Assembly (NCBI GenBank): GCA_030426065.1
Contig: JAUHZH010000001.1
Span: 1-32,173 of the forward strand
DNA from: Gammaproteobacteria bacterium
Lineage (GTDB): Bacteria > Pseudomonadota > Gammaproteobacteria > Xanthomonadales > Marinicellaceae
Direction: 5' to 3'
DNA: 32,173 nt
Below, piece by piece: positions 1-9,748 of the stretch. Position 1 is the first letter of the stretch. Each line of letters starts with the position of its first letter. A program made the position numbers and the translations under genes. Below the pieces are notes generated by a model. The model was not told where the DNA came from and made no database searches. It was given only the letters and a program-made list of their open reading frames with translations.

Positions 1-319
1 ACTGCAATGCAACGTCAGTCATGACGACGGCACCACAGCCCTCGCGGCCATGCAGGCGTTCATCAGCCAGCACATCGGTCGTTTCAAAGTACAGCAGTAT
101 CAGAGCCAGTCAACTGGTCAAGGCATCCACGCCACCGCCCAAGCCACCCTGGTCATTGAAGCCAATGGTGAAACCCACACTGGGCACGGGCAAGATCAAG
201 ACATCATCATCGCCGCGATCAAGGCCCTGATCGCGGCTTGTAACCGCTGGCAAGTGAAGCAAAGGTATGGCCTCAAAACCACCTCCATCAACCAACAAAA
301 ACACAAGGCAACCTCATGA
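1..319 (+). CDS. leuA: 2-isopropylmalate synthase, C-terminal regulatory domain (5' truncated by window edge)
   Basis: Frame open from position 2. YQSQSTGQGIHATAQATLVI..GHGQDQDIIIAAIKALIAACN matches the LeuA allosteric domain pattern. Stop overlaps the leuC start (ATGA). Confidence 0.85.
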   Translation, partial: LQCNVSHDDGTTALAAMQAFISQHIGRFKVQQYQSQSTGQGIHATAQATLVIEANGETHTGHGQDQDIIIAAIKALIAACNRWQVKQRYGLKTTSINQQKHKATS

Positions 320-1683
320 AAAGAAACATCGTTGATAAAATATGGCAGCAACATGCCATCCCAACAGCCTCAGGGCACCCAGACATCTTGGCCATTGATT
401 TCACTTTGTTGCATGAAGTGACTTCGGCACAAGCATTTGCTGAACTCAAAGAACGGCAATTGACGGTCAATCGACCAGACCGTTGTTTGGCCACCATTGA
501 TCACAGCATCCCCACCCGGCCAGACCGGCACCGGGTTGATGACCCCAAAGCCATCCAACAAATGCAAACATTGAAGCGTCATTGTCAGGAGCAAGGCATC
601 CCATTTCATGACATCGACAGCGGTCACCAAGGCATCGTCCATGTGATGGGCCCAGAATTGGGCATCACTCAACCCGGGATGACCTTGGTGTGTGGGGATT
701 CTCACACCGCCACCCATGGCGCATTTGGTGCATTGGCCTTCGGCATCGGCACATCGACATTGTCGCATGTGTTGGCCACCGGTGCCCTGTTGATGCACAA
801 ACCCAAAGTCATGCAAGTAGGTTTTTCAGGACAACTGCCTGCCCACTGTGAAGCCAAAGATTTGATTTTGAGGCTGATCAAAGAATTGGGGGTGGGCGGC
901 GCCAATGGCCATGTGATTGAGTACACAGGATCCGCCATCCAAAGCTTGTCGATGGAAGCCAGAATGACCCTATGTAACATGAGCATTGAATGCGGTGCGA
1001 TGGCTGGTTTGATCAGCCCAGATACCACCACCTTGTCCTACTTGAAAGGCCGGCCCCATGCCCCGGGTGATTCTGAGGCTTGCCATCAATGGCTCCAATG
1101 GGCCAGTGATGCCGACTGCCACTATGATCGGGTCCTGCGATTTGATGTCAGTGACTGGCAGCCCATGGTGACCTGGGGAACCAACCCCGCCCAAGCGACT
1201 GCCACCCATGAATGGGTGCCAGACGCGCAGCACCCAAGCGACCAAGCGGCTTTGACTTACACACAACTCAAGCCACAACAAGCCATACAGGACATCACCA
1301 TCGACTGGGCATTCGTCGGTTCCTGTACCAATGGTCGGATAGAGGACCTCAGAACGGTGGCATCGATTCTACAAAACCAACGCGTGGCAGGCCACGTCAC
1401 CATGTACATCGTTCCAGGTTCAGAACAAGTTCATCGGCAAGCGGTTGCGGAAGGCCTGGATCAGGTGTTCCGGAACGCGGGGGCCGACTTCAGGTTGCCC
1501 GGCTGCTCCATGTGTCTGGCGATGAATGATGATGTGGTGCCTGCTGGCGCCCGTTGCATCAGCACGACCAATCGAAACTTCATCGGTCGCCAAGGCACCG
1601 GCAGCATCACCCACTTGGCTTCACCCACCACCGTCGCACACAGTGCGATTGCAGGACACATCAAATCAGGAGTAAACCCATGA
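316..1683 (+). CDS. leuC: 3-isopropylmalate dehydratase large subunit
   Basis: HEVTSAQAF, CGDSHTATHGAFG, GSCTNGR and GCSMCLAMN Fe-S cluster motifs. Confidence 0.97.
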   Translation: MKRNIVDKIWQQHAIPTASGHPDILAIDFTLLHEVTSAQAFAELKERQLTVNRPDRCLATIDHSIPTRPDRHRVDDPKAIQQMQTLKRHCQEQGIPFHDIDSGHQGIVHVMGPELGITQPGMTLVCGDSHTATHGAFGALAFGIGTSTLSHVLATGALLMHKPKVMQVGFSGQLPAHCEAKDLILRLIKELGVGGANGHVIEYTGSAIQSLSMEARMTLCNMSIECGAMAGLISPDTTTLSYLKGRPHAPGDSEACHQWLQWASDADCHYDRVLRFDVSDWQPMVTWGTNPAQATATHEWVPDAQHPSDQAALTYTQLKPQQAIQDITIDWAFVGSCTNGRIEDLRTVASILQNQRVAGHVTMYIVPGSEQVHRQAVAEGLDQVFRNAGADFRLPGCSMCLAMNDDVVPAGARCISTTNRNFIGRQGTGSITHLASPTTVAHSAIAGHIKSGVNP

Positions 1684-2276
1684 AAGCACTGCAAACCATC
1701 AACAGCCAGCCCATCGTCTGGGCGCAGCAAGACATCGACACAGATGTCATCATCCCGGCCCAATTTTTGACCACCACCGAACGCAGTGGATTAGGACAAC
1801 ATTTGTTCCATCGCATGTGCCAGAGCGATGCTGAATTCCCTTTCACGCAAACTCACAACCGCGATCGCACGGTGTTCATCACCGGAGACAATTTTGGCTG
1901 CGGTTCTTCTCGTGAACATGCGGTTTGGGCTTTGATGGATTGGGGCATTCAAGCCGTGATTGCGCCGGGCTTTGCAGACATTTTCAGCAACAACGCCCGC
2001 AAAAATGGCCTGTTGCTGATCACATTGCCGGAACCTGATTGGCAACAAGTTTTAGAAGCCGGGTTGAACGATGAACACATTGCTATCGATGTCAAACAAC
2101 AAAGGGTTAGCGCGGGTCATTTGGAGTGGACTTTTGACCTGGACCCCTTCTTTAAATCTTTGCTGATCAATGGTCAGGATGAATTGGCCTACCTTTTGCA
2201 GCACCAAAATGAAATACAAACTTTGCAACAACAACTGTCTCGCACGCAGTTCTTGACCAACAGGAGCACAACATGA
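1680..2276 (+). CDS. leuD: 3-isopropylmalate dehydratase small subunit
   Basis: DIDTDVIIPAQFL and NFGCGSSREHA motifs. Start moved to ATG 1680 (AGGAG RBS, ATGA overlap with the leuC stop). Confidence 0.96.
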   Translation: MKALQTINSQPIVWAQQDIDTDVIIPAQFLTTTERSGLGQHLFHRMCQSDAEFPFTQTHNRDRTVFITGDNFGCGSSREHAVWALMDWGIQAVIAPGFADIFSNNARKNGLLLITLPEPDWQQVLEAGLNDEHIAIDVKQQRVSAGHLEWTFDLDPFFKSLLINGQDELAYLLQHQNEIQTLQQQLSRTQFLTNRSTT

Positions 2277-3385
2277 AAAAGCAAGTGGCCGTTCTGGCAG
2301 GAGATGGCATTGGCCCCGAAGTGATGGCAGCCACTTTGAAAGTGGCGGCTCAGGTCGCACCCGATTTGACTTTTGAGCATGGCTTGATTGGTGGCCATGC
2401 CCATGACGAAACCGGCGAACATTTCCCCAAATCAACCCAAGACCTTCTGGATCGAAGCGACGCCGTTTTGTTTGGCTCTGTGGGTGGGCCCAGTGATGCA
2501 CAGCACCTTCCGAAATGGCAAGGTTGTGAAGTCAACTCCATCTTGGCACTGCGTGCTCATTTGAATCTCAACATCAACATGAGGCCGGTTTATTTTGATC
2601 CCAGTTTGGCCGACATTTCACCGCTCAAAGAAGCCCATTACAAGCGCTGTACAGATTTTGTTATCCTGCGAGAACTGTCTGGCGGCTGTTATTTCGGTGA
2701 GAAAAAAGACTACCAAAAGGACCAGTTGAGGGTCAGTGAAGACCAAGCCATTTACGACGAAGCCCAGGTTGAATCCATCGCCCGCTTTGCCTATCAATTG
2801 GCTGCCAAACGCTCTGGATCACTGACGTCAGTCGATAAGGCCAATGTGTTGGCCACCAGCGCGTTGTGGCGGACCGTGGTAGATGAACTGGCCAGCGAGT
2901 ACCCAGAAGTGACACTGACACAGCAACTGGTCGACAATTGCGCCATGCAGTTGTTACTCAAGCCTGAGCAGTACGACGTGCTGGTCACAGACAACTTGTT
3001 TGGTGACATCTTGTCCGATGCAGCCAGCGGCCTGATGGGCGGTTTGGGGTTGATGCCTTCAGCCAGTTTCAACGACCAAGGGTTTGGCCTTTATGAACCA
3101 GCCGGAGGCTCCGCACCTGACATTGCTGGTCAAGACCGTGCCAATCCAATGGCACAAATGCTGTCTTTGGCTTTGATGCTGGAGCACAGTTTTGATGACG
3201 TGCAAGCGGCTGAAAAAATACGCCAAGCCATTTCGGCCACCTTGGCTTCAGGTCACCGAACTCAAGACATCGCTCAAGGCCATTGGCCGGTGTTTACCTG
3301 TTCGGCTTTCACCGAGCAAGTGATCGATGCTTTGGATGAAGAGAAAAGGAACCAAGCCATGGCATCGATCAGAAGCGGGTACTGA
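2273..3385 (+). CDS. leuB: 3-isopropylmalate dehydrogenase
   Basis: GDGIGPEV, VDKANVL, NLFGDILSD and EPAGGSAPDIAG motifs. Confidence 0.97.
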   Translation: MKKQVAVLAGDGIGPEVMAATLKVAAQVAPDLTFEHGLIGGHAHDETGEHFPKSTQDLLDRSDAVLFGSVGGPSDAQHLPKWQGCEVNSILALRAHLNLNINMRPVYFDPSLADISPLKEAHYKRCTDFVILRELSGGCYFGEKKDYQKDQLRVSEDQAIYDEAQVESIARFAYQLAAKRSGSLTSVDKANVLATSALWRTVVDELASEYPEVTLTQQLVDNCAMQLLLKPEQYDVLVTDNLFGDILSDAASGLMGGLGLMPSASFNDQGFGLYEPAGGSAPDIAGQDRANPMAQMLSLALMLEHSFDDVQAAEKIRQAISATLASGHRTQDIAQGHWPVFTCSAFTEQVIDALDEEKRNQAMASIRSGY

Positions 3386-3514
3386 CGGGCACCGAAAGGC
3401 GCAGTGGGGTTGTTTTGAGAAACTGATGACAATCAGGATGGCTTGTGATAGGATGCTTTGCAAGTCCGATTGGACAACAGTTTGCAGGGAATGCCCTGCG
3501 ACCAGCCCCCTTAC

Positions 3515-4600
3515 TTAGCCCTCAATGAGGGCTTTTTTTTGTTTTTCGAAAGCCGCCGTGTTGGGAGTCGTGACTTGCCACCCTTGGGTTTGATCCTTGA
3601 TCAATTGGGTCAAACACTCCACATGAGCCCTTGTTTCATTCAGTGCCGGGATGTATTGATACTGGTGACCACCCGCTTCAAGGAACACATCGCGATTCTC
3701 CAATGCGATTTCTTCCAAGGTCTCTAAGCAATCTGCTGAAAAACCTGGGCACATGACTTGTACCGACTTGACACCCGCTTGGCCTAGCCCTTTCAAAGTT
3801 TCATTGGTGTAAGGCTGCAACCAAGGCTCCCGACCAAAAATGGACTGGAAAGTGACTTGCCACTGATGGTCAGCCAAACCCAATGCTTCAGCCAACAAAC
3901 GACCGGTCTTGTGGCAATGGCAAAAATAAGGGTCACCCGACTTCAAATAACGCAAGGGGATGCCATGGAAAGACATGATCAGTTGATCGGCTTGCCCATG
4001 TGATTGCCAGTGAGTTTTGACCGATTCTGCCAAGGCCTGGATGTACGCAGCTCGGTCATGGTAATGATGGACCATGCGCCATTCAGGCACCAAGCGCCAC
4101 CGCTGCAAAGCCCGCGAAACTTGATCAAACACCGCAGCCGTGGTGGTCGCTGAATACTGGGGATAAAGCGGTAACACCACCAATCGACTGATGTTCTTTT
4201 CGTGTAATTTTTTCAATGCCCCTTCGATGCTGGGTCCACCATAGGTCATGGCCAATTGACAATGGAACCCCGCCCCCAAAGCAGATTGAACGCCTTTCAG
4301 TTGCAACTTTGAAATGTGCATCAAAGGGGACCCTGTGCCGGCCCCATAATGATCCCAAACTTGCTGATAAGCATGAGCAGAACGTCCGGGTCTGACATTC
4401 AATATGACACCATTGAGTATCAACCACCACAACCAACGGGGCAGCGTGGGTTCGACCACCCTTGGGTCTGATAAAAACGGTTTGAGGTAACGCTTGAGCG
4501 CCCGGCGATTGGGCGCATCGGGTGTGCCGAGATTAACCAACAACACGCCCCATTGTTCGGCTTGGTCATGCGGACCGGGTTGTTTGTTTAAAAAAGTCAT
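3515..4600 (-). CDS. hemH: Ferrochelatase
   Basis: GVLLVNLGTPDAP, LPLYPQYSATTT, SFHGIP, GDPY and PGFSADCLETLEEI motifs. ATG at 4600 overlaps the upstream stop (TGATG). Confidence 0.97.
   Translation of the reverse strand: MTFLNKQPGPHDQAEQWGVLLVNLGTPDAPNRRALKRYLKPFLSDPRVVEPTLPRWLWWLILNGVILNVRPGRSAHAYQQVWDHYGAGTGSPLMHISKLQLKGVQSALGAGFHCQLAMTYGGPSIEGALKKLHEKNISRLVVLPLYPQYSATTTAAVFDQVSRALQRWRLVPEWRMVHHYHDRAAYIQALAESVKTHWQSHGQADQLIMSFHGIPLRYLKSGDPYFCHCHKTGRLLAEALGLADHQWQVTFQSIFGREPWLQPYTNETLKGLGQAGVKSVQVMCPGFSADCLETLEEIALENRDVFLEAGGHQYQYIPALNETRAHVECLTQLIKDQTQGWQVTTPNTAAFEKQKKALIEG
3517..3540 (+). terminator. Probable intrinsic terminator of the leu operon, embedded in the last codons of convergent hemH
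   Basis: AGCCCTCA-A-TGAGGGCT inverted repeat running into T8 on the + strand. Confidence 0.6.
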
Positions 4601-5772
4601 CAACCCAACGCCTGATCCAGTTCTGTCAATAAATCCTCAACATCTTCAATGCCAACAGACAACCGCACCAAATTATCTGTGATGCCAATTTGCGCTCGCC
4701 ACTCAGCTGGAACAGATGCATGGGTCATGATGGCCGGGTGGTTGACCAAACTTTCGATGCCGCCCAAACTTTCAGCCAGGGCAAAAAGGTGGCACCGCTC
4801 CATGAAAGCCGCCGTTTCAGCCAAGCCGCCTTTAACGTACAGTGAAATGATGCCTCCAAAGCCTCGCATTTGTTTTTTGGCCAACTCATGCTGGGGATGA
4901 GATGGCAGCCCAGGGTACAGTACCCGTTCCACTCGCGGGTCGTTTTCCAACCACTCAGCTATGGATTGGGCATTTTGGCAATGTTTTTCCATCCGCAAAG
5001 GCAAGGTTTTGAAACCTCGCAAGGCTTGATAGGCATCAAAAGGTCCGGCCACGCCGCCTGCGGCATTTTGTAGAAAACCCAATTGTTCACACAATTCAGG
5101 GTCTTTGGCCACCACCATGCCACCAACCATGTCTGAATGGCCGTTGATGAACTTGGTTGCTGAATGCATCACAATGTCCGCACCCAAGTCCAAAGGATTT
5201 TGCAAGTACGGAGAGGCAAAGGTGTTGTCCACCACCAACAACAAGCCATGCCGTTGACAAAAATCGGCCGTGGCTTGGATGTCAACGATTTTCAATGTGG
5301 GGTTACTGGGTGTTTCTATCCACACCATTTTGGTGTTGGCTTTGAGGTGATCTTCCAACGATGCCGTCACCATGTCCACATAATCGAAATCCAAATTGGC
5401 GCTGCGTTTTCTCACCAAACGAAACAGGCGATTGGTTCCACCGTACAAATCGTCCATGGCAATCACATGATCGCCTGAATCTAAAAGTTCAATGATGGTG
5501 GCAGTGGCTGCCATGCCTGATGCGAAGGCAAATCCATGCGTGCCGTTTTCCATGGCCGCTACAGCCCGTTCATAGGCGTAGCGTGTTGGGTTGTGAGACC
5601 TGGAATATTCAAACCCTTGGTGATCGCCCGGGCTTTTTTGCACGTAGGTCGATGTGGTATAAATCGGCGGCATCACGGCACCCGTGGTTGGGTCGGCAAA
5701 TTGGCCTGCATGGATGGCTTTGGTCTGTAAGCCTTTGAATACCTTGTCTTTTTTGTATTCGTTGTTGTGCAT
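4600..5772 (-). CDS. metB: Cystathionine gamma-lyase/gamma-synthase (Cys/Met metabolism PLP enzyme); context favours gamma-lyase
   Basis: YSRSHNPTR, ETPSNP, VDNTFASP, HSATKFINGHSD (PLP Lys) and AESLGGIESL motifs; directly downstream of cbs. Confidence 0.9.
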   Translation of the reverse strand: MHNNEYKKDKVFKGLQTKAIHAGQFADPTTGAVMPPIYTTSTYVQKSPGDHQGFEYSRSHNPTRYAYERAVAAMENGTHGFAFASGMAATATIIELLDSGDHVIAMDDLYGGTNRLFRLVRKRSANLDFDYVDMVTASLEDHLKANTKMVWIETPSNPTLKIVDIQATADFCQRHGLLLVVDNTFASPYLQNPLDLGADIVMHSATKFINGHSDMVGGMVVAKDPELCEQLGFLQNAAGGVAGPFDAYQALRGFKTLPLRMEKHCQNAQSIAEWLENDPRVERVLYPGLPSHPQHELAKKQMRGFGGIISLYVKGGLAETAAFMERCHLFALAESLGGIESLVNHPAIMTHASVPAEWRAQIGITDNLVRLSVGIEDVEDLLTELDQALG

Positions 5773-5774
5773 CT

Positions 5775-7151
5775 TTACTGGTTTTCGTCTTTCCTACGCA
5801 AATAGTTGAGCAGATCAATGCGGGTGATGAGGCCCAAAAAGTCCGATCCATCTTTCACAATCGCCACCCTACCCGCGTCGAAGATTGGCAACAGCTGTTC
5901 CAAAGGCGTGGTTTTATCAAGGAATTCCAAATTGGAGGTCATGGCTGATGACACCGGTTCCTTGAAGGCTTCTGGGTGGCCAAACACCTTCATCAAGACA
6001 TCTGATTCATCGATGATGCCCACGATGTCGTCGTTTTCCATCACGGGCAACTGAGACACGTCATAAAGTTTCATCCGTTGATAAACCGCAGCCAACGTTT
6101 CTTCAGGTCGCATCACAATGGTGTCATTGCTTCGATATGGCCTGGAAATCAAGTCCCTCAAGTCGCCATGAGATTCAGATTCGATGTAACCGTTGTCCAA
6201 CATCCAATAATCGTTGTACATTTTAGACAAGTACTTGTTGCCGGTGTCACAAACCAAGGCAACCACTTTTTTTCTTGAGGTGCTTTCTTGACAGTATTTC
6301 AAAGCAGCGGCAATGATGGTCCCGGTCGAAGACCCGCCCAAGACACCTTCTTTTCGCAGCAGTTCTCGACCCACCTCGAAACTTTCCTGATCACTGATGG
6401 CGTAGGCTTTTTTGACGTGACTGAAGTCACTGATGGAAGGTAAAAAGTCTTCACCAATGCCTTCTACTTTCCAACTCCCAGCCTCATCACTTAAATGGCC
6501 TTCGTTGATGTATTCAGCCAAGATGGAGCCCAATGGATCTGCAAGCACCAATGCCGTTTCAGGGTGGTGCTCCTTAACGTATTGGCTCATGCCTGTGACG
6601 GTGCCACTGGAACCCACACCAAACACAATGGCATCCACCCCATCGTCCAGCTGTTGGTATATTTCAGGCGCCGTGGTGTGGTAGTGTGCTTTGGGGTTGT
6701 CTGGGTTGCCAAACTGATTGATGAAATACGCACCCGGTGTTTTCTCAGCAATGCTGGCCGCCAAATCTTGGTAGTATTCTGGGTGGCCTTTGGCCACGTC
6801 TGAACGGGTCAATACGATTTCAGCACCCATGGCTTTGAGGTTGAAGATTTTCTCCTTACTCATTTTGTCGGGGATGACCAAAATCAACTTGTAGCCTTTT
6901 TGGACCGCCACCAAAGCCAACCCAATACCGGTGTTGCCTGCGGTGCCTTCCACCAAGGTGGCCCCTGGCTTCAACTTCCCTGCTTGTTCAGCCGCCTCAA
7001 TCATCGACAAGCCAATCCGGTCTTTGATTGAACCACCTGGGTTCATGTTCTCTAATTTCAGGTAAAGGTCACAAAGACCCGTGTCTAAGTGGTTCACCTT
7101 GACCATCGGTGTTTGACCGATCAATTCCAATATGTTTTGAGCAACTTTCAT
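5775..7151 (-). CDS. cbs: Cystathionine beta-synthase (PLP domain plus C-terminal CBS pair)
   Basis: NPGGSIKDR, TAGNTG, GVGSSGT and VEGIG motifs; C-terminal tandem CBS domains (SQLPV..GIIDESD..GLITRIDL). Confidence 0.92.
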   Translation of the reverse strand: MKVAQNILELIGQTPMVKVNHLDTGLCDLYLKLENMNPGGSIKDRIGLSMIEAAEQAGKLKPGATLVEGTAGNTGIGLALVAVQKGYKLILVIPDKMSKEKIFNLKAMGAEIVLTRSDVAKGHPEYYQDLAASIAEKTPGAYFINQFGNPDNPKAHYHTTAPEIYQQLDDGVDAIVFGVGSSGTVTGMSQYVKEHHPETALVLADPLGSILAEYINEGHLSDEAGSWKVEGIGEDFLPSISDFSHVKKAYAISDQESFEVGRELLRKEGVLGGSSTGTIIAAALKYCQESTSRKKVVALVCDTGNKYLSKMYNDYWMLDNGYIESESHGDLRDLISRPYRSNDTIVMRPEETLAAVYQRMKLYDVSQLPVMENDDIVGIIDESDVLMKVFGHPEAFKEPVSSAMTSNLEFLDKTTPLEQLLPIFDAGRVAIVKDGSDFLGLITRIDLLNYLRRKDENQ

Positions 7152-7153
7152 GT

Positions 7154-8113
7154 TTAATTATTCAGTATGATGATGTCGACGCGGCGGTTTTTAGACTTAC
7201 CCGAAGCCGTGGCATTGTCAGCCACTGGTAAAGACTCACCCATGCCAATGGCTTCAACGCGATCGCCATCTATTCCATAATTCATCAGCAACAAACGCAC
7301 CGCATCGGCACGTTTCTGCGACAGGTTCAAATTAAAGCTTTCAGAACCCGATGAATCGGTGTGGCCTTCCACACGGATTTGTCTGTCGGGGTAGCCGTCT
7401 ATGAATTCAATCACTTTGGTGAAGTTTTCAATGGCACCTTGTTTGATGTTGGCCGATGCCGAATCGAAAACAAAATCACCCAATGTCATGACCATGCCAT
7501 CGGCCGTTTCCCTCGATGCCAAAGATTCCAGCTGACGCTTCAAAGCATCTATTTCCTCAAATGCCAGATCGGCTTCTTGCTTGGCCAAGTTGGCCACTTC
7601 TTCTTGTTGTTTGGCATAGGCCTTGGTGTCTTCTAATTCAGCCTGAGTTTGTTCAATTTGCTCATTGGCCTGTTCCAATGCCGCTTGTTTTTCAGATTCA
7701 ATTCGTGCCACTTCCTCTTCTTGCAAATTCAGCAACAGTTGGGCTCGATCGGCTTGTAATCTGGCCACTTGGGCATCCACCCTCAATGTCTCCAAGTTAA
7801 GCGCTTCCAACCGCTCTTCCGTCGTGGCCAGCTCGGCTTCGAGGTGTTGTTTTTCGGCCACCATTTTGGCAATCACCAATTGTTTTCTTGCCATGAAAAC
7901 TTCATGGTCTTTGGGCTTCCTGCTTTTGTACAAAGCCTCAATGTGCTCTTTGGCGTTCCTTTTTTCGTTTTTGGCGAAAGGTTTGTACTTTTCAACCTGA
8001 TAAAAATTTTCATACTCGATGCGCAGGGCCTCAAGTTCCAAGTTTTTCTTGGCTGCCCCAATTTGACTCAGCAGCAACAAGGCAATCAACGTGATGTAGG
8101 TTAAAGCTTTCAT
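7154..8113 (-). CDS. OmpA-family peptidoglycan-binding protein with long N-terminal coiled coil
   Basis: Signal peptide, Glu/Gln/Ala-rich heptad region, C-terminal VEGHTDSSG..NLNLSQKRA..NRRVDI OmpA domain. Confidence 0.9.
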   Translation of the reverse strand: MKALTYITLIALLLLSQIGAAKKNLELEALRIEYENFYQVEKYKPFAKNEKRNAKEHIEALYKSRKPKDHEVFMARKQLVIAKMVAEKQHLEAELATTEERLEALNLETLRVDAQVARLQADRAQLLLNLQEEEVARIESEKQAALEQANEQIEQTQAELEDTKAYAKQQEEVANLAKQEADLAFEEIDALKRQLESLASRETADGMVMTLGDFVFDSASANIKQGAIENFTKVIEFIDGYPDRQIRVEGHTDSSGSESFNLNLSQKRADAVRLLLMNYGIDGDRVEAIGMGESLPVADNATASGKSKNRRVDIIILNN

Positions 8114-8502
8114 TTCAACTGCTCCTTCAGTTCCAACAAATACACCTCTCCGGCTGAAACCTGATCCCTCTTATTGAGCAATTCGGCATTCAACTGATTC
8201 AATTCAGAACGCAAATGGGCGATTTGTATCTCCGCCTCAATTTGTTCTGTGATTTGCATTTCCAGTTTGCGTTTTCTGTCCGCTTTGGCTGCTTTGGCCA
8301 ACACCATTTTTTCACGGATGAATTTCATTTCGAGGGGCGCGGCACTGGCCACAGGAGAGGCCATCAATGCCTGGACTTTGGCTTCCAACTTGAAATACCC
8401 TTCTTTGTCGTATTTCTTTTTGGCGCTGACAGCGGTTGTCATCAATGCCATGACCATGGCGGCCATGAGTGTGTTTTTGCTTACTATTTTGGCTGTTTTC
8501 AT
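8110..8502 (-). CDS. Exported helical protein, DUF4398-like partner of the OmpA protein
   Basis: Signal peptide and APLEMKFIREK motif; stop overlaps the OmpA start. Family inferred from the usual DUF4398-OmpA pairing. Confidence 0.6.
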   Translation of the reverse strand: MKTAKIVSKNTLMAAMVMALMTTAVSAKKKYDKEGYFKLEAKVQALMASPVASAAPLEMKFIREKMVLAKAAKADRKRKLEMQITEQIEAEIQIAHLRSELNQLNAELLNKRDQVSAGEVYLLELKEQLK

Positions 8503-8583
8503 GACTATTAAAAGCAGAAATTTGTTTCAGCTGCTTGATTTCACTATAATTTGTTGGTTCTTGGCTTGTTTTGTTTATTTTTC

Positions 8584-9234
8584 ATGATTCATCATACAAC
8601 GGTACTTGTGATCTTGCTTGGCTTGGCTTTCGCTGCCAACAGTAAAAATCTCAAAGTGTATAAGCACGTCGATGAAAAGGGGATTATACACTATTCATCA
8701 AAGAAGCCAGCGGGCAAATCCTACAAGCTTTTGAACATCCGCTGTCCCGAATGTAAGATCTGGAGGAACAGCATCAACTGGAACACCACGCCCTTGATTC
8801 ATGACAAATTCAACCAGGAAATCATCACTGCATCGCGCACGCATGGCGTGTCGGAACACATCCTGAGGGCCGTGATTCATGCCGAATCGGCTTACAAACA
8901 TCAGGCTGTGTCTTCAGCTGGTGCCCAAGGCTTGATGCAACTGATGCCTTTGACCCAAAAGACATACCAAGTCAGAAACCCTTTCGACCCGCAGCAAAAC
9001 ATCAATGGTGGTGCCGCCTACCTCAAACATTTGATGGGCATGTATTCCACGACCGATGTTTTTTTGGCAGCATACAACTCCGGTGAAACGGCAGTGGAAC
9101 GCTATGGCAAAACCGTGCCTCCGTTTCCAGAAACTCAAGAATATGTTCGAAGGGTAAAAATTTTGATGCGGCGGTACCAAAAACACAAAACGGCCTACCA
9201 ATCCAATCGAGCGGCGACTGCAGCTGCTCGTTGA
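8584..9234 (+). CDS. Lytic transglycosylase (SLT domain) with N-terminal DUF4124-like segment
   Basis: AVIHAES, GAQGLMQLMP, AAYNSG and PPFPETQEYV motifs; VYKHVDEKGIIHYS. ATG 8584 preferred to TTG 8551. Confidence 0.9.
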   Translation: MIHHTTVLVILLGLAFAANSKNLKVYKHVDEKGIIHYSSKKPAGKSYKLLNIRCPECKIWRNSINWNTTPLIHDKFNQEIITASRTHGVSEHILRAVIHAESAYKHQAVSSAGAQGLMQLMPLTQKTYQVRNPFDPQQNINGGAAYLKHLMGMYSTTDVFLAAYNSGETAVERYGKTVPPFPETQEYVRRVKILMRRYQKHKTAYQSNRAATAAAR

Positions 9235-9247
9235 TCCATCAAAAAAC

Positions 9248-9748
9248 TTATGGTTGTTTTTTTGCGGCTTTCTGAGCGGCCCTGCGGCGTTTGAAGAAGT
9301 CACTGATCAACTGGGCGCATGTTGTTTCTAAAACCCCCCCCTGCCAATCAATTTGATGGTTGTGATAAGGCCTGTCCCACAACGCATCAACGGTGGTGAT
9401 GACACCTGTTTTGCCGTCATAGGCACCAAAGACAACACGAGCCACCCTGGCATGAACCAAGGCGCCAGCACACATCATGCAAGGCTCTAATGTGACGTAC
9501 AAAGTGGCATCCGGAAACCGGTAATTGTTGAGGTGTTGGCCTGCGGACTGAAGCGCTTTGACTTCAGCATGGGCACTGGGATCAGACTGACTGATGACCT
9601 GATTGTGTCCTTTCCCAATCACTTCACCTTGAAGTGAAACCACGGCCCCGATCGGCACTTCCCCTTGTGCTTCAGCCAAATGCGCCTGCTCAATCGCCAA
9701 GCGCATCATGGCTTCATCTTGTGCCAGTGTGGTTGTCTTTATTCCCAT
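9248..9748 (-). CDS. tadA: tRNA adenosine(34) deaminase
   Basis: [11 protein letters not shown] and [11 protein letters not shown] zinc motifs. Confidence 0.96.
   Translation of the reverse strand: MGIKTTTLAQDEAMMRLAIEQAHLAEAQGEVPIGAVVSLQGEVIGKGHNQVISQSDPSAHAEVKALQSAGQHLNNYRFPDATLYVTLEPCMMCAGALVHARVARVVFGAYDGKTGVITTVDALWDRPYHNHQIDWQGGVLETTCAQLISDFFKRRRAAQKAAKKQP

Noticed and set aside
1554-1679. Upstream extensions of the leuD, guaB, xseA, guaA and GNAT ORFs in the ORF track
   Set aside because: They overlap neighbouring genes or lack homology; downstream ATGs match family N-termini and mostly have better RBS or coupling.
3423-3452. CTGATGA hammerhead ribozyme core
   Set aside because: The following stem ends in TGATA rather than the required GAAA, and I found no stem I/III pairing.
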